DNA of 64,000 nt from Antedon mediterranea (lineage: Eukaryota; Animalia; Echinodermata), in NCBI RefSeq assembly GCF_964355755.1, contig NC_092671.1:744001-808000 (forward strand). Reading direction: 5' to 3'. Position numbers and translations under genes: made by a program. The notes under the pieces were generated by a model that worked only from the letters and a program-made list of their open reading frames with translations, did no database searches and had not been told where the DNA came from. Numbering within the stretch: position 1 is the stretch's first letter; every line of letters begins with the position of its first letter. Below are positions 41,581-56,200 of this stretch, piece after piece.

Positions 41581-44246
41581 TTAAATTGACGGTCCCTTAT
41601 GGTCATGTGAGCCAATTCACTAAAGTGATTGGATAAAAATAATACGGAATATTCAACTTGAAAACACCAATGACAAACACTCCTGAAGTAAATGTGTCTT
41701 ATTACTCAATATCCCTTTTCTATTATTTTACCTACTCACGGTCTCAACCGAAACCCACCCCCCTTCCCATATTAAAGTAAGATTGTGTATGTACAACATC
41801 CTGGCAGCTTAAATATAGCCCTACACAGTGCCTACAACAGTGTACACAAACATTAACAGGTAGATTGGTACAAAAACTTAATCATTCCAAGGTTCTTATA
41901 CACCAATAAACAAATTGCAACAACTAATTAACGAGGTAGATTAATTATTATAATTAGGTAGTTAATGATCAAAAGTTTCCCCTATTTTTTTTTATATAAA
42001 TATATACTATAATTTACTGTTGAGGTACAAGGATTCAAAATCTTCAATATTTCATTTTAAATTGAATAAGGAATTTAAATAATAAGTAAAATTGAGATAC
42101 GATATTTGTGAAGTTGCTTGTTTACATAGTATGCATATGTCTTTATCCTTCTCTCTGAGGATTTAAACAAATAATTATTGAAATGTGAATTCTATGATGA
42201 TAGAATACTTTCTAATCCCATGGTGATTAAGACATTAATCCTGTTATCATCTGTTATCTTAAGCCAAATCTTTTAATCTAACTACACATTTAATATAAAT
42301 ACTTCTTGTATTTATATAATAAGTATTTGTGGTCATAAAATGTTAAAACGTGTGTGATGGGAATTAAAATAAATCAATTTTTCCTTTCTGATAAAAGAAA
42401 GGTTAAATAAAATGGTTTTAAGAATACATACTTACTACCAGTAAGTAACTGTTGAAATAAGCCATATACAAATTGTCGTCTTAAAACCTAATAGAATCCC
42501 TGAGAACTTAATACTGCCTGAGAAATGCCCTCTTACTTAAGTTGGTACAAACGTACCATATAAGGTCAATTTCTGTAGACATAATTTGTATACATTTTGA
42601 GGTTTCTCAAAATTAAAATGTGGTAGTCAAATATTGTGCACACCTGTATGCACTCATGCGTGACTAATATATTCAAATTGAGCTAGCAGCCGGGGGAACA
42701 TTAATACTGCAAACTCAATTCTCTTCCAATACAATTTAAGCACCTTAATTATGTCTTTATTTTTACACACATTTTCAGTGTTTTACCCATTTGAAAATGC
42801 AAACATATTTGTCTTCGGATTGGAAAATTGTATGCATGATTGCTTTAAGTAACTCAATTTATGTGGTATATTCTACATAGTATTCCTAACCTGAATAATC
42901 CTTATTTTTATATTTACAAGAAAAATCAGAAGAGACATTTTGTTGCCTCATATCTCGCCTTCCCAATCTATATAATCCCTTCTCAATCCATACAATCCCT
43001 CCTCAATCCATGTTTCATTTCTACACAATCTCTTTGCAATCCATTTTATTCCCTAAATTTATATCCCTTTCCAATTCACATCCTTTTTCAATCCATATTA
43101 TCATTTCCCAATCCATATAATCCCTTCCCAATCCATGTTTCATATATATACAATCCCTTTGAAATCCATATTATCCCTTCCTTATCAATAATATCCCTTC
43201 CCAATCCATAGAATCCAATGGAGTGGTTATGGTGTACCACCAAGTACACTTGATCATAACACCAGTGAGGTATCACAATAAATATACAATAATAATAAAT
43301 ATAGTTAATAAAGAAATAATCAATTAATAATTAATTAATAATCAATTAATAATTTAAGAGGTAGAAGCTGTATTGAGGTGTCAGCTGCATCAGTTTTCAC
43401 AAGCACATCAAGGGACAGTTATCATATAAAAAACATCACAGTAAACATACATACAAATTCATTTCCACCAAAATATGATGTTTTCATAAATTACACTATT
43501 ATGTCAAATCTTAAACCTGATGCAAAATAAGGAAGCACACAACATTGTGTACATAGTGATATTATCATGTTATATCAATGTTAAACATGACTGATATCAA
43601 GAATGTAAATAACATTATCACAGCAGTTGATTGATTGGAAGAAATAATTACTCTTAAAATGAATTAAAATATAAATATTATTTATATATTATATGTATTT
43701 CAGAACCGAATAATTGTTTTTAGAAGAAGAGTTGAGTGTATTGTGCAGTACAAACTAAAAAACATGGTTCCTTGTACAATTAGACCTGTAGCACACTCAA
43801 CCGGCCCCTAACTACTCACTCTCCCTTACCTTAAATATAGACAATAAAAATTTGCATTATATTACAATATATCAGTGAGTTACGGAAGAAACAACATTTC
43901 AGTATTAATATCAGCTGTCAACTTAAAAATAATAAATGTTAAAATCAGAGGTTTTAAAGAAGTACACCCAACTATTTACATTCATTTATATATAATATCC
44001 CTGCATAAAACTTTGGTGTATATTTTTCAACGAGTCCACAGGTATTAGCTGACAAGTTAGGAAGAAGCCATGTACTTCTTACTACTTACAAGAAAACATT
44101 TTTGTGCAATATCTTCTTACATATTATAATACTTCCCTGTAGAATATTGCTATTTGCGTGGATTAAATTCCACTTGTAAATATGGACGACCTATTTCAGA
44201 CATAATACCCGTACCATTGTTCATATAATGAGATGCCACATTGCCA

Positions 44247-47200
44247 CTACACTGTGTATTCTCTAACATGTGGCATGTCAAAGATCCGAGGCAAGGCATT
44301 GCCTCCTGCACAATTAAACATTGTTCTTTCAATAGTGGGGCATGAAGACCCAGATGGCTCGATCTCACCATCGCAAGAGATGCCTTTTGAGGATGCATTA
44401 GATTCTTCAGAGCTTGTGCCAGAAGACTCTTGTTGCCAGACCTTGTTCTGAAGGTTGGACATACTGGCACTCTTGGGACTGTCTTGGTCTCCATGGCAAC
44501 TGGAGATTCCAGTGTCTTGACTTGACCCTTCCATGTTGTTGATGGATGACATGTGCCGACTGCCATCAAAGCTAACGTCGTGATCGTCTGCATCATGATG
44601 TATGTCTACTTCGATGCCATCTTCACTGGATTTTGCAGAAGTTCTCTGATACTGGTGTGATATCTGGTGACCTCTGCTGGTTGATGGTGTGGAATATGTC
44701 GAAGGTGAAAGGTTACGCATCATTATTGGGGTATCAGAAGATCCCTGAAATATTGAAATCACAGATAAATGTTAAGACATTTTGTTTTTTATTACATTTT
44801 TCTAAGCACAAATATGGTAGTGATATTCCCAAATATGGTAGTGATGATTTTGATCATCGTGTCCATATATGGGCACATCACATTTTTTTAAGGACAAAGG
44901 AGATTTCATGATATATCTATATCCAGCATTTTTTGATAGACTATCAATGAATTTGAATAAGCCAGCTTTTATAATACAAAGTAATAATACTGTACTGACA
45001 TGAATGGGAAAAAGCCAATAAGAACAATGCAACCCTTACCCTTACCTTAGCATCAATGAAATTAGGTTGTAAGGATTGGCTGAACATCGGTATTAACTGA
45101 TCTAGCTGGGCCTGTCCATCGGGCCAGTTACTTTGGTTGACATAAGTCCTTACTCTTTCTACCAATGCATCGTTAGTTGCTGCTTGTGATTGTCTATACC
45201 GTTCTGCTTGCTTGTTAACATACCTACATTTTAACATTGAAAAAAAAAATTGCAAGTAATTCTTGCATGGGACTCGAACTCATGAACTCCAAATCACTAG
45301 CCCGGTGTTCATACTTCTAGACCACAAAGTCAGGGTTAGATCTAAGCCTAACTAAGCAGTGGGTACTGAACTATGATTGTATTAAAAATTAAAGGAGGAC
45401 AACAGATGAATTAATAATTACAATATTACCTCCTAACTCCCAGTAGGATTGCAACGCAACAAAAAATACACCCTACAACTATTCCAAAACCAAGCATAAG
45501 CCCCATCAATGTATCTTCCATTACCCTTGTCGAAGTATCGTCTGAAAAAAAGAGTAAAATTAAATTAAAAATTAAAAACTAGGCTATTGTTTGAAGCTCT
45601 CCTTAAAAACTGCTTTTGAGAAATTAGCCCTTTTTACTTTTACCTTTTGTACCATAATACTAAACGTTTCAATGGAATTAATGAGAATTTAAAACATTTC
45701 TTTTGTAATTCCATATATTCTGTAAATCAACAATTTCAGGCTTCTGGCTGCTGCATGTTTTTACTATAAAAACCTGAATATATAAAATTAAAAAATCATC
45801 ATGGCGATAAAACTGAAAAAAAAACCCAGAAGAAATTGAAATATATACCATCATCATCATCGTCATCATCTGAGGAAGCTGACATGTCAACCAAGGTCAG
45901 GACAGAAACGATTTTCGTAGACGGACTGTCACCATTGTTGTTGCGCGCCCTCATTCTGAAGTAATACTTTGTATTGCTGTCGAGATTGTTGATTTGGGTT
46001 AAAAGGTCATCTTTTCTATTTTGATCATCAGGCCGATGAACTGAAAAAAGGTATATATACATATTATTTTACAATATTAAGATTCAGATTTTTTTTATTG
46101 TATTGTCTTTTACCATTGATAAAAACTAATAAATGTTTAATTGAAAATTCAGATTGAAATGCCTTTTAAATGACTGAGACACATAGGGGATCCATCCAAG
46201 AGAATCAAAACAGAAGTTAAACATGCACAAAACAAACTTATTGGTATAGTTTGGTATTGGTATAGAGACAACCAATTAGATTGTATCAATTCTACCTAAT
46301 GCATCTTGTATCATTACATAACTGGCGTTTCATCGTCTAGCATTGTTAGATTGTATCAATTGTACCTAATGCATCTTTGTGTTCTCCAATCTGAGAATAC
46401 ACTATGTACACATTGTTTACCTTTAACATGGTTAAGTAGACTTTAGGCTCTGTCTACATTATCAAACTTTATGTGACAATATGGATATGATGATGTCATA
46501 TCACTACCATATTTAAGCATATCACTACAATATTTGTGCACATTACACTTTTTTTTGTCAAACTAGTTTGATAGTGTAAACAGAGCAAAAGGAATTTTAC
46601 ACTCTGCCAATTGCTGTTCATTTTGTCTCAATATTTTCTTACCTTCATCATATGTCTTTTCTTGTTTGAGCCACTGTTCATCTGGCTGGCTTTCATTCAC
46701 ATTGTACATAATGATGTACGTTAATATTGGACCATTTGGCTCTGCAGGTGGATGCCATCGCATCTCAACAGTGTGAGCGTCAATTGGTCGCGCATTTACA
46801 TTTGTTGGTGGAGATGACGGCTCTGACAAAAAAATAAAAAAACATCCTTAAAATTGCCACATTTGACAAACTTTATCAAAATTTATAATGGCATTTAATG
46901 ACATTTAACACAGAAAACATTGCATTTGAAAAAAACTAAAACTCGGACAAATGACATATAACATATAGGTATAGCTGCAAATCGAAAGTTTCTTTAATAG
47001 TTTTACATACAGCCTTTACATAATTACAGCCTGAAGATATTCCAGTCAGCCAACATCAACACCTCCCCTCATAATGTAACCTACCCTTAGATATTCATTA
47101 ACTACATTTTTAATACAAATATTTCCATAAGCTAAAACTAGCTAATGTAACTTACTATTTTGTGGTGTGCGACAGTTGACCTGTTGACTGAAGCTACTAA

Positions 47201-50200
47201 CACTTTCTTCACCCTCGGCTTGAATAGCGAATGTATACCATTTAGATGGTTCAAGTCCATCTATGGTCACTCTCTCTTTTATATTATGCCTAGAATGCAA
47301 TTAAAGGTATGAAAATAATATTTATTTTTTATTTTATATGCATCCAACAGTGAGCACAAACTTGCGACTTACAGGATGGATAAACTATTTCATAACTATC
47401 ATGCTTATAAACTAAGTCTCATTTGAAGCTTGGGAAGTGGAGTGGGAAGTGGAGTTAAAAGAGTTGTGAGTTACAACCCTGGCACTAGATCAGGATTGAA
47501 CCCTGGACCTTGGGATAGGAAGGCAAGCATGTTAACCAACAAGCTACAGCTCCACTACTAACCAACAAGCTACAATAATTGAATTTTTTTTCTATTTATT
47601 ATGTATTTACATTGTGTTATCTGTTTATGCGGATATTTGCACTTGATGGCATCAGTAGTGAATGCAATTGAAAAAAGGTTTTAAACAAATTGCCTAAATT
47701 GCACAAAGAACCAATTCACACATGATATTAAACATTTTGAAATCATGAACAGATCATGATCACCTTCAGATATCAAACCACTTTATAAAATCATGAACAT
47801 ATCATGATCACCATCAGATATCAAACCACTTTATGAAATCATGAACAGATCATGATCACCATCAGATATCAAACCTCTTTATGAAATCATGAACAGATCA
47901 TGATCACCATCAGATATCAAACCTTTTTATGAAATCATGAACATATCATGATCACCATCAGATATCAAACATCTTTATGAAATCCAATGAAAGTTGTTAA
48001 TGATAATATATTAAATAGAATCCAATAGAATAACTATTTTAAATGCAGTAAAAGAATATAAGATAACACTAGTAAGGTTTGAATGTGTTTCTAAAAAGCA
48101 AGTAAAGTTGAGAATGTCTCTCAATTGTTATGCTACAACCATCTTCTGGAGTAAATTTGGAAACACAATTGGTGTACCGCATACTGTACTGTATGGCATG
48201 CATACAATTGGTGTACCGCATACTGTACTGTATGGCATGCATACAATAAAGGTTTATTTGATTTGAATCCTTACCTGTCAGGAATGTACTGAACAAAATT
48301 TGGCTGGTCAATATCGACAATAGCTGTGCCACTAACACCGTACTTAATAACATACTTGGTTACTTCTAAGTTAGGGTATGGCCACATCCACGATAACGTC
48401 ACAGACGTCGTTGTTTCTGCCGTCACATTAAACTTCTCTGGAGTTGGCATTATGCTCGGATCCCACGGTGTGCCTATGGTAATATAAAATATACATTATT
48501 AAACTCTTCAACTTATTAATTTGACAGAAGATAATGTATTTAGGGCCAGCAGGAGGTTAATTAAAGAAGGATTTTAATTAAATAATTTTAAATGAATTTA
48601 AATTTAGAAACCCATCATTCATTCTTTAAGGACTTAAGGACATTTTCTATTTAATTATATCCATGGCTTTATAAAATAGTCAGCATATTAAAGCTCTGTC
48701 TACACTATCAAACGTTGTGTGATGTGCTTATATATATGGACACAATGACATCATATCACTACCATATTTGGGCATATCACACTTTTTTTTGTCAAATTAG
48801 TTTAATAATGTAGACAGAGCTTATTATGTGTATCATCTTTTAATTAATTTAAAAACTGTTCATGCAGGAATTGACCAAGATAACTTGGGTTATGTTCGTT
48901 ATAAATATATTACATATACATTATAGATAAGATGAATATCATTATTATGTGTTGGTAGCCAACACCTGGTCGATAACCTCAACGCAAACCTTAGTCGTTT
49001 TATTGTCCAGTTCAACTGAAATAAGCTAAACATAACATCTCAAATTCTACTACACACGTTCCCAAGATACTTAAACTGAATAATGTTTATGTGACATGAC
49101 ACCATATGCTTTTTACTGTATGGAATCAATACATATAAAGTGGCTATGATGGTTTACATTAGTGAAATAGTAATAACAATACATGTGGAAAATGATACCT
49201 TAATTTGGATACTTAATTGTAATAAGACTCTATTTGTAATCGGAATAATTTTATTTCATGTTTAAATTTATGTGTTTTAAAATGATATGAATTCACCTAT
49301 CAAGTCATGATTAAAATACTAGAGTGTCATTGTTGTATGTTTGCTGTTGTTGTTGAAAGAGATTTCATTTTGATTTAAACCGACTTGTTTGTTTATGGAA
49401 TATATTTTTTCTTTTTCAAGCAAACGTTTCTCTTGGTAAATAATAATTTTAAACTAAAACACCAGTGATTTAATTTGATTTAATTGTCTTACCTGTCAAA
49501 TATAACAGTTTATAATTAAGAGACAACTACAACTAAACATTGGCCATGATTCTTATTTCACTTTGATAATTCAGATTTCAAATTGAGAACTTGCTTAGTC
49601 TTTTCTTCCTCAATGCTTAGAATCATGTCCAATTTACAAATAAATTTGTTTGCCCAGGGGAGTTATAAAAATAGGGCCAGACAGGAAAATATGTAAGCCA
49701 TCCCTGGATATAACAATAAGACGTACCAGATGCTGTGTGAGTTGTAATGGTCTGTACAGTCTTGCTACCTTCTTGTTGCACAGTGTAGGCTAGCAAACTC
49801 ACTGTACATGTTGACAATGGCTCTGAAAAATATTAATTATTAACAATTGTAAATATGTATGCTAGAATACATCAATAAGAAACACATATAACTGTCAATT
49901 TAAAACAATTCTACTTTTAAAAAAGCTGAATTGTGCATATTATTAATTATTCCATATATTGAACAATCTAACAAGAATATTTATACCTTAAATATTGCAT
50001 TATTTAAGATTTGAGGACCCCTATAAAAAAAAGTACTTGGGCTATAGTGTTATAATCTAGTAATAAATAAAAAACAAACAAATTGAAATGTTTTAATATT
50101 AAGGATTGATTTATCAAAAACATGAAAATAAAAACTAATCAAATCAAACTTTGAATATGCCATTTTGCAGTTTGAATAATTTTGTGATATCAAAATGGCA

Positions 50201-53200
50201 TAACAATTTTTAAAATGATTTGTTTCAGAGAAAATATATATTTTTAAAGCTAAATATTATCTGCATTATTGTACAATATCAATATGTATCAATATGTATC
50301 AATATGTATAACTTAACAATACAAGAGGTTATACTCTACATATACTCTAGTAAACCTCAAGAGGTTATACTCTACATATACTCTAGTAAACCTCAAGAGG
50401 TTATACTCTACATATACTCTAGTAAACCTCAAGAGGTTATACTCTACATATACTCTAGTAAACCTCAAGAGGTTATACTCTACATATACTCTAGTAAACC
50501 TCAAGAGGTTATACTCTACATATACTCTAGTAAACCTCAAGAGGTTATACTCTACATATACTCTAGTAAACCTCAAGAGGTTATACTCTACATATACTCT
50601 AGTAAACCTCAAGAGGTTATACTCTACATATACTCTAGTAAACCTCAAGAGGTTATACTCTACATATACTCTAGTAAACCTCAAGAGGTTATACTCTACA
50701 TATACTCTAGTAAACCTCAAGAGGTTATACTCTACATATACTCTAGTAAACCTCAAGAGGTTATACTCTACATATACTCTAGTAAACCTCAAGAGGTTAT
50801 ACTCTACATATACTCTAGTAAACCTCAAGAGGTTATACTCTACATATACTCTAGTAACCTAGTGACTTTTGAAACAAATAAAAACAATAAATTGTATATC
50901 ATAGGTTGTTGAACTATTGATTTGAAAGGAGAGGGTACTGAAAATTGATTTTACATATAAATTATTTAATTAAATTTGAATATATATACAATATAAACAT
51001 GGTATTTATTGATTGAGTGCTGAATCCAATGGTATAAAGGTCAATACATTTGACCGACAATGACAATCATTTAGTCAGGAGATTAGTAAAATAACATAAA
51101 CCCAAGAGGAACGAACCGAACCCTCTTCCTTTCTCCTTTTCAAACTAGAGACCAGTTATGAGGGCCAATGCTGTTTAGGGCGACCCTCTATAAAAAAAGG
51201 TTTAAAAAAATAAATAAATAAAATAATTAGCCTAGACATAAAGATAATAATATTATAATAATATAATATCTCTATGGCCTAGATCATGAAGAGTGTTTTT
51301 TTGTTGATAACCTAATCTCCATTTGGCCTTAATATTAATTAATTTTAATTGGATTCAGAACATTAAACATCTTATTCTTTACTTTGGCCTACATTCCCAC
51401 TTTCCCTTAATATTTCGGTTATTCACTAATAAAGACATGCTGAACATTGTTTATATATCATCATTAACACGTCAGGAAGTGTAACAACTCCTGACAGTCT
51501 GTCCATGGCATCCAATGACAACCCTAATGAACTGTACATTATTCTGAATATGATTCAACCAACTCAAGTCAAATTAGATACAGTGAGCGTGTGCAGATCA
51601 TGAGTCCTCCACGGTCAATGCATAACTGTGAATCTATTCAACGCATTTTGACATTGTTGACCTTTATCATTTTGTTCATTATACCTGGTAGTAATGTTCA
51701 CCTTTCGTTGAACTCATAGTTCATGTTGTTATGATCATAAAGAACAGCCTGGTGTTTTGAGGCTAAACTTAATTGTATGTTGGTTGAATTTGGATTGGAG
51801 TATTATTATTTAAAATAAATAGTGTTAAAATTCAACTGAATAAATATTAAAACTTCTGCAATTGTAAGAAAATTTGCAAAATAATTCATACATATACACT
51901 TCCACAATTGTAACTGATTTATTTTTTATAGAATAATTATTCTACTTCACTTACTGCAGTAACTTTGTTTAAAACTCCCTTTAACCGATTTATGAAATCA
52001 ATAAAAAGGTTTTAGTCTGGGGTAATTACATACACATTAGTTAAATTTAACATTTAATTTGAAGAATAATAATAATAATGTTAGTCTTTGAAAACAATTT
52101 TTCTAAATTGTAATAAATAACCTAGAAATTTCATAGCTTTTGAAATAATTATATTTTCGCCAATAACTAACAAATCAATAATATTTATGATTGCGTATAT
52201 AATTATAATAATACAAAAAGCAAAAAAAAACTTTGCATAAATAAATGCAGTAAGCAGAGGGAGGGTGGACAATTGTTGGAAACCTGCTAGCAGAGGTTAT
52301 AGTCTTTGACCTTGAATGTCAACCCTTTTGATTTCAGACAATTGGAAAAGCAAAAAAAAAACTGTTTACTTTTATTTCCTTTCAAATGTACAAAATAAAT
52401 TATATTGGGACATTGTTTGGATTGTTGAACACTTGGATTAATGATATAAAGAAATATACTGTGCAAATATTACTTACTTTTTATGATGGTATAATTATTA
52501 ATAAAACGTGTAAAAATAAAAATAATTGGACTGGAGGTTAATTTATTTGATATAATTTCTATCTATATATACTGTAATTGGAGATACAAAATAAAATAAG
52601 CAAAAAGCTAAATTTAAATGATAAAGTAAAACTGCCAGAAAAATGTCGGGAAACACTATTATCAGTGCAAGTGAATATATTTAAACATAATTCAAACATA
52701 GGCAAACATAACATGTGTTTGCTTTGGTTCTTTAAATCCCATGGCATATGTATAAACACATTTAATTATCCTTGAAATAAAGTTTGATACATTGATTACT
52801 TGTTTTTTTTCCATAATATGGTAATAGTGCAAATGTAATATCATTCTCACTCCTGCAGCTGAATAAACATACTCTTGCTATGTCATATTACTGGTCATTT
52901 GTGATCGCCAAGTGGCTCGAGTATTGAACCTATTACAAGCTGATCGACATAAGGACGTCAAAACACAGTGTTCTACATATAAACTATTCAAATTAACGAA
53001 CACACAGCCCAAGCACTGTTGCACCCCATGGTACTGTATTTTATACTGAGATGCTTTGCATTATAAACAGTGTGACTAGAAAATGAGCACGCAATGTGCT
53101 ACAACCGAAAACTGATCTTAGTGGGTATGAACGGTTCAAGGAACAGCCATAATCTTCCAATGAACCACGATTATTGACCAATCAAAACCGCATCAGTTTC

Positions 53201-56200
53201 ATCCATATATCTGAATTTCCATATATCTACAAACAATTGTTATTAGTATAAGGATTTCTGTTTTCTTTTTTATTGTTGTTAAACTGGTGTCAAAAGTACT
53301 TTTAATCTGTATTTTGTGATTATATAAGTCGATTTCAGGCCACAGAATGCCATAGTATCGACATTAAAATTCAAAGAAAACAAACAAAGCTAAGAAAACA
53401 ATGAAATGTGAGATTTAGCCAGCGCGAGTCAGAGCTTGCCTGGATCAACCCCATGTTAGCCTTGCTGCTTTTATACCCCAATATTAAATACAAATTTACA
53501 ATCATTTACAATAACAATTATCACTAAAAAAACCTAATAAAGTTCTGAATTTGTAAATTTTTATAGTGTTTTAAAAAAATTGGAGATTAAGTTTTTAAAA
53601 GAAGCTGAGTTACAGCATAGAGATATTATCCCTATATCTCTACGGATAAAGCAATGTAGTTATCTACCTCTGATCAGTATGTATATACTGTAGTATATTA
53701 ATGCTGGTCAAATACATTACAAGATGAACAATATTAACATTGATTAAACTAATTCTCCCTGGTACAAGCATCTCCACCAAGTGCTACTTTGATACACTGC
53801 TAAATACAAGGCCAATCTGCAAGGCTTTTGAACCCTATGCTCAATTCTGAGAAGGGGAAGAATACTGGCTGTTAAAATAACTGGATTATTAGTAAACTAG
53901 ATAGTTGACCCAATATGACATACATTCATATATTACCTGTGACTAAGGCTTGGATATGATCCAAGAATTTTACACTCCTATGTGTTACACAAATCATTAT
54001 TCCTTAAATAAAATTATCAGTTATGAGATATTTCAATTATTCTTATATACATTTCTGTTGATGTTTAAAATTTTTAATAACAAACTTTTAATTTCACGCC
54101 TTTATGACTTTCGTGTAAACATTTCATAGTGTATTTTGTAAATAACGTGATTGTAATTATTTTTGGTTTTATGCCAAAAGTTTTATAGATAGTCATTCTT
54201 CTCAAGAATCTGTTCATTAAAAAGAAACTGTTAAAATGTAACTTTTTTACCATCAAACAAAGTTTTTATTTAAATAAATTGGTTTGTTTTCAAATTCAAC
54301 ACTTTCTATCATCTCCTATCTTTTACAGTTTGCATCAATATCCTCTTGCAATTATTAAAACATGGATAATTAATATTTGATACCATAATTACATGCATAT
54401 AAATCCTTAATCAACTTAATCAAAAGCACTGTATTTTGTACAGTTCTTTAATCATCTCTCTCTCTCTCGTGCTCTTTAGTTCAAACTCATCCCAGTGCAT
54501 ATTTCTATCGAATTTGTGGCTGTAATCTGATACTCTGCCGCATATATCAATAAAGTAATCAATGCATAGATGACATTTGACCTGATGGTGTTGGTCAGAA
54601 TGTATCTCATTACTTTTAGTTAATTTGCATCATTGAAATTGGTTCCAGAATAATTCAAGCCAATTAATCGTTTAATAGGGTGAAAAAGGTCAACCATGGT
54701 CTCCAAATGTCCACTTTGATAATTGCTTGCATAATAATATCTTAAGGCAATTCATAATTCAAGAATAAAGATCAAACACTATTAAAATTATAAGAAGTGA
54801 CCAATCATGAATTAGTTATATATTCATATTCAAAACACTCACAAAAGTGGACATAATTTAGTATTATATTACAATTAATTCTCAACTTGGCATAACATGG
54901 ACAATACAGCTAACGTCCGGCAATCATTAATGCACAAAAGCAGCATAGATTTCATCATTATAGCTGGATAATACTAATAGCGTGTTGTTATTATGTTGAT
55001 GTTACAGAGAAAACAAATTAGCTAACTAATTATACTGTTGATTATTTATATGATGGTAATACAACAAAACAGTCAAACAGTGTTTGAAATCATAAAAATA
55101 CAAACAAATTGAGTATTTTAATACTTTTATTACAATAATATATTACTCAGTTTTAGATGAGCTATAAACAGTGTTGTTCAATAAAAAAAATAACTGTAAA
55201 ATACTTGACATGAAGCGATAAATAAAATGTACGCCTCATTAAACAAACGCTAACATTAACCTTGTGGAGAAAAAGGTTCACGCTTGATCTAAAAAATCTT
55301 AATCTAGGGTCTTTTTTGGGTAATTTTTCATTTTACATTATTTTATCCTTATGATGTGAACTATAAAATGTAAATTGGAAAAAAAAAATAAAATTCTAAA
55401 TCTAATATAAAGCACACAATGATGAACAACCACACAATGATGAACAACCACACAATTTCTAATAAATAACTTCAGTAGTTGTTCAACTAATGAATTTCAA
55501 TCGATGATTTAACGAAAACGAACGCGAACACACAAAGTAGTAGTACCATTATTTGGCACACAGCCAAGTTCATAATTAATAAGGGTCAGTTGATCAAGCT
55601 AAAATTCAACCCACAATCACGCAATATTAACAAAACCTTTGACAGGCTAATCACTACTAATATCGCATTCCCAACCAAGAATAATTATAAATGTAGCAGC
55701 ATATTGACAGATGGTGAAATAGGGCTGGCTTTAATGCCTTCTTTAATTTAGTCTTCTATTCAGAAGCTAATAAATCGCGATATATGTTTTAATATGAGAA
55801 TTTTATGATTATTTATTTATAAGTTCTTATTTATGCAATGAATAGGTTTAGAATTTATATTCATTTTACTTGAAAGTTGTTGCAATTTACTTTCTATTGT
55901 GGTTATTCAAGCAGATTATCTAAAAACCAGAATAAACCTCTTTTATCTTTCAAATACAGTAAAAGTCTTTTCACAAAACCTAACATATTGTCGGTATATT
56001 TAAATATAATCCCTCCTTTAGGCCACCCCTGTCAAAGGGACATTATTTAAATATAATCCCTCCTTTAGGCCACCCCAGCTGTCAAAGGGACATTTTTTTA
56101 GGGTCCTTTTAGTAGGGTTTTACTGTTTACCATTTTTGGAGAAATTTTATTATACTGTTTGTTTGTATTCATGTACTCCCTAGTCTGAAAAATAAATAAT

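Noticed and set aside
44150-44596. Overlapping alternative-frame 148-aa ORF in the last PRTG-like exon
   Set aside because: Not in phase with the upstream splice and has no recognisable motif; probably a by-product of the Ser-rich main frame.
45262-47558. Functional tRNA genes at ~45262 and ~47490
   Set aside because: A and B boxes are present, but acceptor stems do not pair and the D-loop is degenerate; treated as SINE heads.
50220-50912. 36-bp hairpin repeat as a CRISPR array, or the 230-aa ORF as a gene
   Set aside because: Units are contiguous with no spacers, there are no cas genes, and it lies in a eukaryotic intron.
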